A model generated the notes under the pieces. That model saw nothing but the letters and a program-made list of their open reading frames with translations, made no database searches and was not told the DNA's origin. A program made the translations under genes and the position numbers. From Auanema rhodensis (taxonomy: Eukaryota; Animalia; Nematoda), in contig OZ059894.1 of the NCBI GenBank assembly GCA_964057225.1, forward strand, positions 4,092,001-4,156,000: a stretch of 64,000 nucleotides of DNA, in the 5' to 3' direction. The stretch's first letter is position 1. Every line of letters begins with the position of its first letter. Below are positions 41,601 through 55,809 of the stretch, one piece after another.

Positions 41601-44600
41601 TTTTTCGAAAAAATTTTTGTCAAAATGTTTTTGGAAGCAATGTTGAGTGTACATGGAAACTCAACATACACTAATGCATCATTTTTCAAACGATCATAAC
41701 TAATTTTTGTATCAAGCGTTTCTTAATGTAGTATAGTGCATTCGATCCGGATTTTTAAGCTGCGTCGATCTGTGTTATCAGATTTGCGCTAGCTTAAAAA
41801 TGCACCGAGATATCAACTGATATAAGTTCACACTTATATCCTCGATTTTCACCCTGAAGAATTAATTTTTTCGTTGAATAACATTGTCCATCGTCTTTGC
41901 CTTGAAAAATGGAATCTAAAAACATCTACTTTTTGCTAAATTATTTTGAAATTTTTCGAAAAAATTTTTGTCAAAATGTTTTTGGAAGCAATGTTGAGTG
42001 TACATAGAAACTCAACATACACTAATGCATCATTTTTCAAACGATCATAACTTATTTTTGTAACAAGCGTTTCTCAATGTAGTATAGTGCATTCGATGCG
42101 GATTTTTAAGCTGCGTCGATCTGTGTTATCAGATTTGCGCTAGCTTAAAAATGCACCGAGATATCAACTGATATAAGTTCACACTTATATCCTCGATTTT
42201 CACCCTGAAGAATTAATTTTTTCGTTGAATAACATTGTCCATCGTCTTTGCCTTGAAAAAAGGAATCCAAAAACATCTACTTTTTGCTAAATTATTTTGA
42301 AATTTTTCGAAAAAATTTTTGTCAAAATGTTTTTGGAAGCAATGTTGAGTGTACATGGAAACTCAACATACACTAATGCATCATTTTTCCAACGATTATA
42401 ACTAATTTTTGTATTAAGCGTTTCTCAATGTAGTATAGTGCATTCGATGCGGATTTTTAAGCTGCGTCGATCTGTGTTATCAGATTTGCGCTAGCTTAAA
42501 AATGCACCGAGATATCAACTGATATAAGTTCACACTTATATCCTCGATTTTCACCCTGAAGAAATAATTTTTTCGTTGAATAACATTGTCCATCGTCTTT
42601 GCCTTGAAAAAAGGAATCTAAAAACATCTACTTTTTGCTAAATTATTTTGAAATTTTTCGAAAAAATTTTTGTCAAAATGTTTTTGGAAGCAATGTTGAG
42701 TGTACATAGAAACTCAACATACACTAATGCATCATTTTTCAAACGATTATAACTAATTTTTGTATCAAGCGTTTCTTAATGTAGTATAGTGCATTCGATC
42801 CGGATTTTTAAGCTGCGTCGATCTGTGTTATCAGATTTGCGCTAGCTTAAAAATGCACCGAGATATCAACTGATATAAGTTCACACTTATATCCTCGATT
42901 TTCACCCTGAAGAATTAATTTTTTCGTTGAATAACATTGTCCATCGTCTTTGCCTTGAAAAATGGAATCTAAAAACATCTACTTTTTGCTAAATTATTTT
43001 GAAATTTTTCGAAAAAATTTTTGTCAAAATGTTTTTGGAAGCAATGTTGAGTGTACATAGAAACTCAACATACACTAATGCATCATTTTTCAAACGATCA
43101 TAACTTATTTTTGTAACAAGCGTTTCTCAATGTAGTATAGTGCATTCGATGCGGATTTTTAAGCTGCGTCGATCTGTGTTATCAGATTTGCGCTAGCTTA
43201 AAAATGCACCGAGATATCAACTGATATAAGTTCACACTTATATCCTCGATTTTCACCCTGAAGAATTAATTTTTTCGTTGAATAACATTGTCCATCGTCT
43301 TTGCCTTGAAAAAAGGAATCCAAAAACATCTACTTTTTGCTAAATTATTTTGAAATTTTTCGAAAAAATTTTTGTCAAAATGTTTTTGGAAGCAATGTTG
43401 AGTGTACATGGAAACTCAACATACACTAATGCATCATTTTTCCAACGATTATAACTAATTTTTGTATTAAGCGTTTCTCAATGTAGTATAGTGCATTCGA
43501 TGCGGATTTTTAAGCTGCGTCGATCTGTGTTATCAGATTTGCGCTAGCTTAAAAATGCACCGAGATATCAACTGATATAAGTTCACACTTATATCCTCGA
43601 TTTTCACCCTGAAGAAATAATTTTTTCGTTGAATAACATTGTCCATCGTCTTTGCCTTGAAAAAAGGAATCTAAAAACATCTACTTTTTGCTAAATTATT
43701 TTGAAATTTTTGGAAAAAATTTTTGTCAAAATGTTTTTGGAAGCAATGTTGAGTGTACATGGAAACTCAACATACACTAATGCATCATTTTTCCAACGAT
43801 TATAACTAATTTTTGTATTAAGCGTTTCTCAATGTAGTATAGTGCATTCGATGCGGATTTTTAAGCTGCGTCGATCTGTGTTATCAGATTTGCGCTAGCT
43901 TAAAAATGCACCGAGATATCAACTGATATAAGTTCACACTTATATCCTCGATTTTCACCCTGAAGAAATAATTTTTTCGTTGAATAACATTGTCCATCGT
44001 CTTTGCCTTGAAAAAAGGAATCTAAAAACATCTACTTTTTGCTAAATTATTTTGAAATTTTTCGAAAAAATTTTTGTCAAAATGTTTTTGGAAGCAATGT
44101 TGAGTGTACATGGAAACTCAACATACACTAATGCATCATTTTTCAAACGATTATAACTAATTTTTGTATCAAGCGTTTTTCAATGTAGTATAGTGCATTC
44201 GATGCGGATTTTTAAGCTGCGTCGATCTGTGTTATCAGATTTGCGCTAGCTTAAAAATGCACCGAGATATCAACTGATATAAGTTCACACTTATATCCTC
44301 GATTTTCTACCTGAAGACTTAATTTTTTCGTTGAATAACATTGTCCATCGTCTTTGCCTTAAAAAAAGGAATCTAAAAACATCTACTTTTTGCTAAATTA
44401 TTTTGAAATTTTTCGAAAAAATTTTTGTCAAAATGTTTTTGGAAGCAATGTTGAGTGTACATGGAAACTCAACATACACTAATGCATCATTTTTCAAACG
44501 ATCATAACTAATTTTTGTATCAAGCGTTTCTTAATGTAGTATAGTGCATTCGATGCGGATTTTTAAGCTGCGTCGATCTGTGTTATCAGATTTGCGCTAG

Positions 44601-47600
44601 CTTAAAAATGCACCGAGATATCAACTGATATAAGTTCACACTTATATCCTCGATTTTCACCCTGAAGAATTAATTTTTTCGTTGAATAACATTGTCCATC
44701 GTCTTTGCCTTGAAAAAAGGAATCCAAAAACATCTACTTTTTGCTAAATTATTTTGAAATTTTTCGAAAAAATTTTTGTCAAAATGTTTTTGGAAGCAAT
44801 GTGGAGTGTACATGGAAACTCAACATACACTAATGCATCATTTTTCAAACGATTATAACTAATTTTTGTATTAAGCGTTTCTCAATGTAGTATAGTGCAT
44901 TCGATGCGGATTTTTAAGCTGCGTCGATCTGTGTTATCAGATTTGCGCTAGCTTGAAAATGCACCGAGATATCAACTGATATAAGTTCACACTTATATCC
45001 TCGATTTTCACCCTGAAGAAATAATTTTTTCGTTGAATAACATTGTCCATCGTCTTTGCCTTGAAAAAAGGAATCTAAAAACATCTACTTTTTGCTAAAT
45101 TATTTTGAAATTTTTCGAAAAAATTTTTGTCAAAATGTTTTTGGAAGCAATGTTGAGTGTACATAGAAACTCAACATACACTAATGCATCATTTTTCAAA
45201 CGATTATAACTAATTTTTGTATCAAGCGTTTCTCAATGTAGTATAGTGCATTCGATGCGGATTTTTAAGCTGCGTCGATCTGTGTTATCAGATTTGCGCT
45301 AGCTTAAAAATGCACCGAGATATCAACTGATATAAGTTCACACTTATATCCTCGATTTTCACCCTGAAGAATTAATTTTTTCGTTGAATAACATCGTCCA
45401 TCGTCTTTGCCTTGAAAAATGGAATCTAAAAACATCTACTTTTTGCTAAATTATTTTGAAATTTTTCGAAAAAATTTTTGTCAAAATGTTTTTGGAAGCA
45501 ATGTTGAGTGTACATGGAAACTCAACATACACTAATGCATCATTTTTCAAACGATCATAACTAATTTTTGTATTAAGCGTTTCTCAATGTAGTATAGTGC
45601 ATTCGATGCGGATTTTTAAGCTGCGTCGATCTGTGTTATCAGATTTGCGCTAGCTTAAAAATGCACCGAGATATCAACTTTTATAAGTTCACACTTATAT
45701 CCTCGATTTTCACCCTGAAGAATTAATTTTTTCGTTGAATAACATTGTCCATCGTCTTTGCCTTGAAAAATGGAATCTAAAAACATCTACTTTTTGCTAA
45801 ATTATTTTGAAATTTTTCGAAAAAATTTTTGTCAAAATGTTTTTGGAAGCAATGTTGAGTGTACATGGAAACTCAACATACACTAATGCATCATTTTTCA
45901 AACGATCATAACTAATTTTTGTATCAAGCGTTTCTTAATGTAGTATAGTGCATTCGATCCGGATTTTTAAGCTGCGTCGATCTGTGTTATCAGATTTGCG
46001 CTAGCTTAAAAATGCACCGAGATATCAACTGATATAAGTTCACACTTATATCCTCGATTTTCACCCTGAAGAATTAATTTTTTCGTTGAATAACATTGTC
46101 CATCGTCTTTGCCTTGAAAAATGGAATCTAAAAACATCTACTTTTTGCTAAATTATTTTGAAATTTTTCGAAAAAATTTTTGTCAAAATGTTTTTGGAAG
46201 CAATGTTGAGTGTACATGGAAACTCAACATACACTAATGCATCATTTTTCAAACGATTATAACTAATTTTTGTATCAAGCGTTTCTCAATGTAGTATAGT
46301 GCATTCGATGCGGATTTTTAAGCTGCGTCGATCTGTGTTATCAGATTTGCGCTAGCTTAAAAATGCACCGAGATATCAACTTTTATAAGTTCACACTTAT
46401 ATCCTCGATTTTCACCCTGAAGAATTAATTTTTTCGTTGAATAACATTGCCCATCGTCTTTGCCTTAAAAAATGGAATCTAAAAACATCTACTTTTTGCT
46501 GAATTATTTTGAAATTTTTCGAAAAAATTTTTGTCAAAATGTTTTTGGAAGCAATGTTGAGTGTACATGGAAACTCAACATACACTAATGCATCATTTTT
46601 CAAACGATCATAACTAATTTTTGTATCAAGTGTTTCTCAATGTAGTAAAGTGCATTCGATCCGGATTTTTAAGCTGCGTCGATCTGTGTTATCAGATTTG
46701 CGCTAGCTTAAAAATGCACCGAGATATCAACTGATATAAGTTCACACTTAGATCCTCGATTTTCACCCTGAAGAATTAATTTTTTCGTTGAATAACATTG
46801 TCCATCGTCTTTGCCTTGAAAAATGGAATCTAAAAACATCTACTTTTTGCTAAATTATTTTGAAATTTTTCGAAAAAATTTTTGTCAAAATGTTTTTGGA
46901 AGCAATGTTGAGTGTACATGGAAACTCAACATACACTAATGCATCATTTTTCAAACGATCATAACTAATTTTTGTATTAAGCGTTCTTCAATGTAGTATA
47001 GTGCATTCGATCCGGATTTTTAAGCTGCGTCGATCTGTGTTATCAGATTTGCGCTAGCTTAAAAATGCACCGAGATATCAACTGATATAAGTTCACACTT
47101 ATATCCTCGATTTTCACCCTGAAGAATTAATTTTTTCGTTGAATAACATTGTCCATCGTCTTTGCCTTGAAAAAAGGAATCTGAAAACATCTACTTTTTG
47201 CTAAATTATTTTGAAATTTTTCGAAAAAATTTTTGTCAAAATGTTTTTGGAAGCAATGTTGAGTGTACATGGAAACTCAACATACACTAATGCATCATTT
47301 TTCAAACGATTATAACTAATTTTTGTATTAAACGTTTCTCAATGTAGTATAGTGCATTCGATGCGGATTTTTAAGCTGCGTCGATCTGTGTTATCAGATT
47401 TGCGCTAGCTTAAAAATGCACCGAGATATCAACTGATATAAGTTCACACTTATATCCTCGATTTTCACCCTGAAGAATTAATTTTTTCGTTGAATAACAT
47501 CGTCCATCGTCTTTGCCTTGAAAAATGGAATCTAAAAACATCTACTTTTTGCTAAATTATTTTGAAATTTTTCGAAAAAATTTTTGTCAAAATGTTTTTG

Positions 47601-48438
47601 GAAGCAATGTTGAGTGTACATGGAAACTCAACATACACTAATGCATCATTTTTCAAACGATCATAACTAATTTTTGTATTAAGCGTTTCTCAATGTAGTA
47701 TAGTGCATTCGATGCGGATTTTTAAGCTGCGTCGATCTGTGTTATCAGATTTGCGCTAGCTTAAAAATGCACCGAGATATCAACTTTTATAAGTTCACAC
47801 TTATATCCTCGATTTTCACCCTGAAGAATTAATTTTTTCGTTGAATAACATTGTCCATCGTCTTTGCCTTGAAAAATGGAATCTAAAAACATCTACTTTT
47901 TGCTAAATTATTTTGAAATTTTTCGAAAAAATTTTTGTCAAAATGTTTTTGGAAGCAATGTTGAGTGTACATGGAAACTCAACATACACTAATGCATTAT
48001 TTTTCAAACGATCATAACTAATTTTTGTATCAAGTGTTTCTCAATGTAGTATAGTGCATTCGATGCGGATTTTTAAGCTACGTCGATCTGTGTTATCAGA
48101 TTTGCGCTAGCTTAAAAATGCACCGAGATATCAACTGATATAAGTTCACACTTATATCCTCGATTTTCACCCTGAAGAATTAATTTTTTCGTTGAATAAC
48201 ATTGTCCATCGTCTTTGCCTTAAAAAATGGAATCTAAAAACATCTACTTTTTGCTAAATTATTTTGAAATTTTTCGAAAAAATTTTTGTCAAAATGTTTT
48301 TGGAAGCAATGTTGAGTGTACATGGAAACTCAACATACACTAATGCATCATTTTTCAAACGATCATAACTAATTTTTGTATTAAGCGTTTCTCAATGTAG
48401 TATAGTGCATTCGATGCGGATTTTCAAGCTGCGTCGAT

Positions 48439-50544
48439 CTGTGTTATCAGATTTGCGCTAGCTTAAAAATGCACCGAGATATCAACTGATATAAGTTCAC
48501 ACATATATACCCGATTTTCACCCTGAAGAATTAATTTTTTCGTTGAATAACATTGTCCATCGTCTTTGCCTTGAAAAAAGGAATCTAAAAACATCTACTT
48601 TTTGCTAAATTATTTTGAAATTTTCCGAAAAAATTTTTGTCAAAATGTTTTTGGAAGCAATGTTGAGTGTACATGGAAACTCAACATACACTAATGCATC
48701 ATTTTTCAAACGATTATAACTAATTTTTGTATTAAACGTTTCTCAATGTAGTATAGTGCATTCGATGCGGATTTTTAAGCTGCGTCGATCTGTGTTATCA
48801 GATTTGCGCTAGCTTAAAAATGCACCGAGATATCAACTGATATAAGTTCACACTTATATCCTCGATTTTCACCCTGAAGAAATAATTTTTTCGTTGAATA
48901 ACATTGTCCATCGTCTTTGCCTTGAAAAAAGGAATCTAAAAACATCTACTTTTTGCTAAATTATTTTGAAATTTTTCGAAAAAATTTTTGTCAAAATGTT
49001 TTTGGAAGCAATGTTGAGTGTACATGGAAACTCAACATACACTAATGCATCATTTTTCAAACGATTATAACTAATTTTTGTATCAAGCGTTTCTCAATGT
49101 AGTATAGTGCATTCGATGCGGATTTTTAAGCTGCGTCGATCTGTGTTATCAGATTTGCGCTAGCTTAAAAATGCACCGAGATATCAACTTTTATAAGTTC
49201 ACACTTATATCCTCGATTTTCACCCTGAAGAATTAATTTTTTCGTTGAATAACATTGCCCATCGTCTTTGCCTTAAAAAATGGAATCTAAAAACATCTAC
49301 TTTTTGCTGAATTATTTTGAAATTTTTCGAAAAAATTTTTGTCAAAATGTTTTTGGAAGCAATGTTGAGTGTACATGGAAACTCAACATACACTAATGCA
49401 TCATTTTTCAAACGATCATAACTAATTTTTGTATCAAGTGTTTCTCAATGTAGTAAAGTGCATTCGATGCGGATTTTTAAGCTGCGTCGATCTGTGTTAT
49501 CAGATTTGCGCTAGCTTAAAAATGTACCGAGATATCAACTGATATAAGTTCACACATATATACCCGATTTTCACCCTGAAGAATTAATTTTTTCGTTGAA
49601 TAACATTGTCCATCGTCTTTGCCTTGAAAAAAGGAATCTAAAAACATCTACTTTTTGCTAAATTATTTTGAAATTTTCCGAAAAAATTTTTGTCAAAATG
49701 TTTTTGGAAGCAATGTTGAGTGTACATGGAAACTCAACATACACTAATGCATCATTTTTCAAACGATTATAACTAATTTTTGTATTAAACGTTTCTCAAT
49801 GTAGTATAGTGCATTCGATGCGGATTTTTAAGCTGCGTCGATCTGTGTTATCAGATTTGCGCTAGCTTAAAAATGCACCGAGATATCAACTGATATAAGT
49901 TCACACTTATATCCTCGATTTTCACCCTGAAGAAATAATTTTTTCGTTGAATAACATTGTCCATCGTCTTTGCCTTGAAAAAAGGAATCTAAAAACATCT
50001 ACTTTTTGCTAAATTATTTTGAAATTTTTCGAAAAAATTTTTGTCAAAATGTTTTTGGAAGCAATGTTGAGTGTACATGGAAACTCAACATACACTAATG
50101 CATCATTTTTCAAACGATTATAACTAATTTTTGTATCAAGCGTTTCTCAATGTAGTATAGTGCATTCGATGCGGATTTTTAAGCTGCGTCGATCTGTGTT
50201 ATCAGATTTGCGCTAGCTTAAAAATGCACCGAGATATCAACTTTTATAAGTTCACACTTATATCCTCGATTTTCACCCTGAAGAATTAATTTTTTCGTTG
50301 AATAACATTGCCCATCGTCTTTGCCTTAAAAAATGGAATCTAAAAACATCTACTTTTTGCTGAATTATTTTGAAATTTTTCGAAAAAATTTTTGTCAAAA
50401 TGTTTTTGGAAGCAATGTTGAGTGTACATGGAAACTCAACATACACTAATGCATCATTTTTCAAACGATCATAACTAATTTTTGTATCAAGTGTTTCTCA
50501 ATGTAGTAAAGTGCATTCGATGCGGATTTTTAAGCTGCGTCGAT
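48439..50544 (+). repeat. 3-mer higher-order duplication (1053 bp x2; monomers 139-141 and 142-144)
   Basis: The series acatatatacccg+ttttccg / aaata+cgattat / attgccc+gctgaa repeats. ORFs at 49220 and 50273 are 1053 apart. Confidence 0.88.
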
Positions 50545-52299
50545 CTGTGTTATCAGATTTGCGCTAGCTTAAAAATGTACCGAGATATCAACTGATATAA
50601 GTTCACACTTAGATCCTCGATTTTCACCCTGAAGAATTAATTTTTTCGTTGAATAACATTGTCCATCGTCTTTGCCTTGAAAAATGGAATCTAAAAACAT
50701 CTACTTTTTGCTAAATTATTTTGAAATTTTTCGAAAAAATTTTTGTCAAAATGTTTTTGGAAGCAATGTTGATTGTACATGGAAACTCAACATACACTAA
50801 TGCATCATTTTTCAAACGATCATAACTAATTTTTGTATTAAGCGTTCTTCAATGTAGTATAGTGCATTCGATCCGGATTTTTAAGCTGCGTCGATCTGTG
50901 TTATCAGATTTGCGCTAGCTTAAAAATGCACCGAGATATCAACTGATATAAGTTCACACATATATACCCGATTTTCACCCTGAAGAAATAATTTTTTCGT
51001 TGAATAACATTGTTCATCGTCTTTGCCTTGAAAAAAGGAATCTAAAAACATCTACTTTTTGCTAAATTATTTTGAAATTTTTCGAAAAAATTTTTGTCAA
51101 AATGTTTTTGGAAGCAATGTTGAGTGTACATGGAAACTCAACATACACTAATGCATCATTTTTCAAACGATCATAACTAATTTTTGTATCAAGTGTTTCT
51201 CAATGTAGTAAAGTGCATTCGATGCGGATTTTTAAGCTGCGTCGATCTGTGTTATCAGATTTGCGCTAGCTTAAAAATGTACCGAGATATCAACTGATAT
51301 AAGTTCACACTTAGATCCTCGATTTTCACCCTGAAGAATTAATTTTTTCGTTGAATAACATTGTCCATCGTCTTTGCCTTGAAAAATGGAATCTAAAAAC
51401 ATCTACTTTTTGCTAAATTATTTTGAAATTTTTCGAAAAAATTTTTGTCAAAATGTTTTTGGAAGCAATGTTGATTGTACATGGAAACTCAACATACACT
51501 AATGCATCATTTTTCAAACGATCATAACTAATTTTTGTATTAAGCGTTCTTCAATGTAGTATAGTGCATTCGATCCGGATTTTTAAGCTGCGTCGATCTG
51601 TGTTATCAGATTTGCGCTAGCTTAAAAATGCACCGAGATATCAACTGATATAAGTTCACACATATATACCCGATTTTCACCCTGAAGAATTAATTTTTTC
51701 GTTGAATAACATCGTCCATCGTCTTTGCCTTGAAAAAAGGAATCTAAAAACATCTACTTTTTGCTAAATTATTTTGAAATTTTTCGAAAAAATTTTTGTC
51801 AAAATGTTTTTGGAAGCAATGTTGAGTGTACATGGAAACTCAACATACACTAATGCATCATTTTTCAAACGATTATAACTAATTTTTGTATTAAACGTTT
51901 CTCAATGTAGTATAGTGCATTCGATGCGGATTTTTAAGCTGCGTCGATCTGTGTTATCAGATTTGCGCTAGCTTAAAAATGCACCGAGATATCAACTGAT
52001 ATAAGTTCACACTTATATCCTCGATTTTCACCCTGAAGAAATAATTTTTTCGTTGAATAACATTGTTCATCGTCTTTGCCTTGAAAAAAGGAATCTAAAA
52101 ACATCTACTTTTTGCTAAATTATTTTGAAATTTTTCGAAAAAATTTTTGTCAAAATGTTTTTGGAAGCAATGTTGAGTGTACATGGAAACTCAACATACA
52201 CTAATGCATCATTTTTCAAACGATTATAACTAATTTTTGTATCAAGCGTTTCTCAATGTAGTATAGTGCATTCGATGCGGATTTTTAAGCTGCGTCGAT

Positions 52300-55200
52300 C
52301 TGTGTTATCAGATTTGCGCTAGCTTAAAAATGCACCGAGATATCAACTTTTATAAGTTCACACTTATATCCTCGATTTTCACCCTGAAGAATTAATTTTT
52401 TCGTTGAATAACATTGCCCATCGTCTTTGCCTTAAAAAATGGAATCTAAAAACATCTACTTTTTGCTGAATTATTTTGAAATTTTTCGAAAAAATTTTTG
52501 TCAAAATGTTTTTGGAAGCAATGTTGAGTGTACATGGAAACTCAACATACACTAATGCATCATTTTTCAAACGATCATAACTAATTTTTGTATCAAGTGT
52601 TTCTCAATGTAGTAAAGTGCATTCGATCCGGATTTTTAAGCTGCGTCGATCTGTGTTATCAGATTTGCGCTAGCTTAAAAATGCACCGAGATATCAACTG
52701 ATATAAGTTCACACTTAGATCCTCGATTTTCACCCTGAAGAATTAATTTTTTCGTTGAATAACATTGTCCATCGTCTTTGCCTTGAAAAATGGAATCTAA
52801 AAACATCTACTTTTTGCTAAATTATTTTGAAATTTTTCGAAAAAATTTTTGTCAAAATGTTTTTGGAAGCAATGTTGAGTGTACATGGAAACTCAACATA
52901 CACTAATGCATCATTTTTCAAACGATCATAACTAATTTTTGTATTAAGCGTTCTTCAATGTAGTATAGTGCATTCGATCCGGATTTTTAAGCTGCGTCGA
53001 TCTGTGTTATCAGATTTGCGCTAGCTTAAAAATGCACCGAGATATCAACTGATATAAGTTCACACTTATATCCTCGATTTTCACCCTGAAGAATTAATTT
53101 TTTCGTTGAATAACATTGTCCATCGTCTTTGCCTTGAAAAAAGGAATCTGAAAACATCTACTTTTTGCTAAATTATTTTGAAATTTTTCGAAAAAATTTT
53201 TGTCAAAATGTTTTTGGAAGCAATGTTGAGTGTACATGGAAACTCAACATACACTAATGCATCATTTTTCAAACGATCATAACTAATTTTTGTATCAAGC
53301 GTTTTTCAATGTAGTATAGTGCATTCGATGCGGATTTTTAAGCTGCGTCGATCTGTGTTATCAGATTTGCGCTAGCTTAAAAATGCACCGAGATATCAAC
53401 TGATATAAGTTCACACTTATATCCTCGATTTTCACCCTGAAGAATTAACTTTTTCGTTGAATAACATTGTCCATCGTCTTTGCCTTGAAAAATGAAATCT
53501 AAAAACATCTACTTTTTGCTAAATTATTTTGAAATTTTTCGAAAAAATTTTTGTCAAAATGTTTTTGGAAGCAATGTTGAGTGTACATGGAAACTCAACA
53601 TACACTAATGCATCATTTTTCAAACGATTATAACTAATTTTTGTATCAAGCGTTCCTCAATGTAGTATAGTGCATTCGATGCGGATTTTTAAGCTGCGTC
53701 GATCTGTGTTATCAGATTTGCGCTAGCCTAAAAATGCACCGAGATATCAACTTTTATAAGTTCACACTTATATCCTCGATTTTCACCCTGAAGAATTAAT
53801 TTTTTCGTTGAATAACATTGCCCATCGTCTTTGCCTTAAAAAATGGAATCTAAAAACATCTACTTTTTGCTGAATTATTTTGAAATTTTTCGAAAAAATT
53901 TTTGTCAAAATGTTTTTGGAAGCAATGTTGAGTGTACATGGAAACTCAACATACACTAATGCATCATTTTTCAAACGATTATAACTAATTTTTGTATCAA
54001 GCGTTCCTCAATGTAGTATAGTGCATTCGATGCGGATTTTTAAGCTGCGTCGATCTGTGTTATCAGATTTGCGCTAGCCTAAAAATGCACCGAGATATCA
54101 ACTTTTATAAGTTCACACTTATATCCTCGATTTTCACCCTGAAGAATTAATTTTTTCGTTGAATAACATTGCCCATCGTCTTTGCCTTAAAAAATGGAAT
54201 CTAAAAACATCTACTTTTTGCTGAATTATTTTGAAATTTTTCGAAAAAATTTTTGTCAAAATGTTTTTGGAAGCAATGTTGAGTGTACATGGAAACTCAA
54301 CATACACTAATGCATCATTTTTCAAACGATCATAACTAATTTTTGTATCAAGTGTTTCTCAATGTAGTAAAGTGCATTCGATCCGGATTTTTAAGCTGCG
54401 TCGATCTGTGTTATCAGATTTGCGCTAGCTTAAAAATGCACCGAGATATCAACTGATATAAGTTCACACTTAGATCCTCGATTTTCACCCTGAAGAATTA
54501 ATTTTTTCGTTGAATAACATTGTCCATCGTCTTTGCCTTGAAAAATGGAATCTAAAAACATCTACTTTTTGCTAAATTATTTTGAAATTTTTCGAAAAAA
54601 TTTTTGTCAAAATGTTTTTGGAAGCAATGTTGAGTGTACATGGAAACTCAACATACACTAATGCATCATTTTTCAAACGATCATAACTAATTTTTGTATT
54701 AAGCGTTCTTCAATGTAGTATAGTGCATTCGATCCGGATTTTTAAGCTGCGTCGATCTGTGTTATCAGATTTGCGCTAGCTTAAAAATGCACCGAGATAT
54801 CAACTGATATAAGTTCACACTTATATCCTCGATTTTCACCCTGAAGAATTAATTTTTTCGTTGAATAACATTGTCCATCGTCTTTGCCTTGAAAAAAGGA
54901 ATCTGAAAACATCTACTTTTTGCTAAATTATTTTGAAATTTTTCGAAAAAATTTTTGTCAAAATGTTTTTGGAAGCAATGTTGAGTGTACATGGAAACTC
55001 AACATACACTAATGCATCATTTTTCAAACGATCATAACTAATTTTTGTATCAAGCGTTTTTCAATGTAGTATAGTGCATTCGATGCGGATTTTTAAGCTG
55101 CGTCGATCTGTGTTATCAGATTTGCGCTAGCTTAAAAATGCACCGAGATATCAACTGATATAAGTTCACACTTATATCCTCGATTTTCACCCTGAAGAAT

Positions 55201-55809
55201 TAACTTTTTCGTTGAATAACATTGTCCATCGTCTTTGCCTTGAAAAATGAAATCTAAAAACATCTACTTTTTGCTAAATTATTTTGAAATTTTTCGAAAA
55301 AATTTTTGTCAAAATGTTTTTGGAAGCAATGTTGAGTGTACATGGAAACTCAACATACACTAATGCATCATTTTTCAAACGATTATAACTAATTTTTGTA
55401 TCAAGCGTTCCTCAATGTAGTATAGTGCATTCGATGCGGATTTTTAAGCTGCGTCGATCTGTGTTATCAGATTTGCGCTAGCCTAAAAATGCACCGAGAT
55501 ATCAACTTTTATAAGTTCACACTTATATCCTCGATTTTCACCCTGAAGAATTAATTTTTTCGTTGAATAACATTGCCCATCGTCTTTGCCTTAAAAAATG
55601 GAATCTAAAAACATCTACTTTTTGCTGAATTATTTTGAAATTTTTCGAAAAAATTTTTGTCAAAATGTTTTTGGAAGCAATGTTGAGTGTACATGGAAAC
55701 TCAACATACACTAATGCATCATTTTTCAAACGATTATAACTAATTTTTGTATCAAGCGTTCCTCAATGTAGTATAGTGCATTCGATGCGGATTTTTAAGC
55801 TGCGTCGAT
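52300..55809 (+). repeat. 5-mer higher-order duplication (1755 bp x2; monomers 150-154 and 155-159)
   Basis: The series attgccc / ttagatcc / aatctg / aattaact+atgaaatc / agccta+gttcctc repeats. ORF pairs 52379-54134 and 53783-55538 are 1755 apart. Confidence 0.9.
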
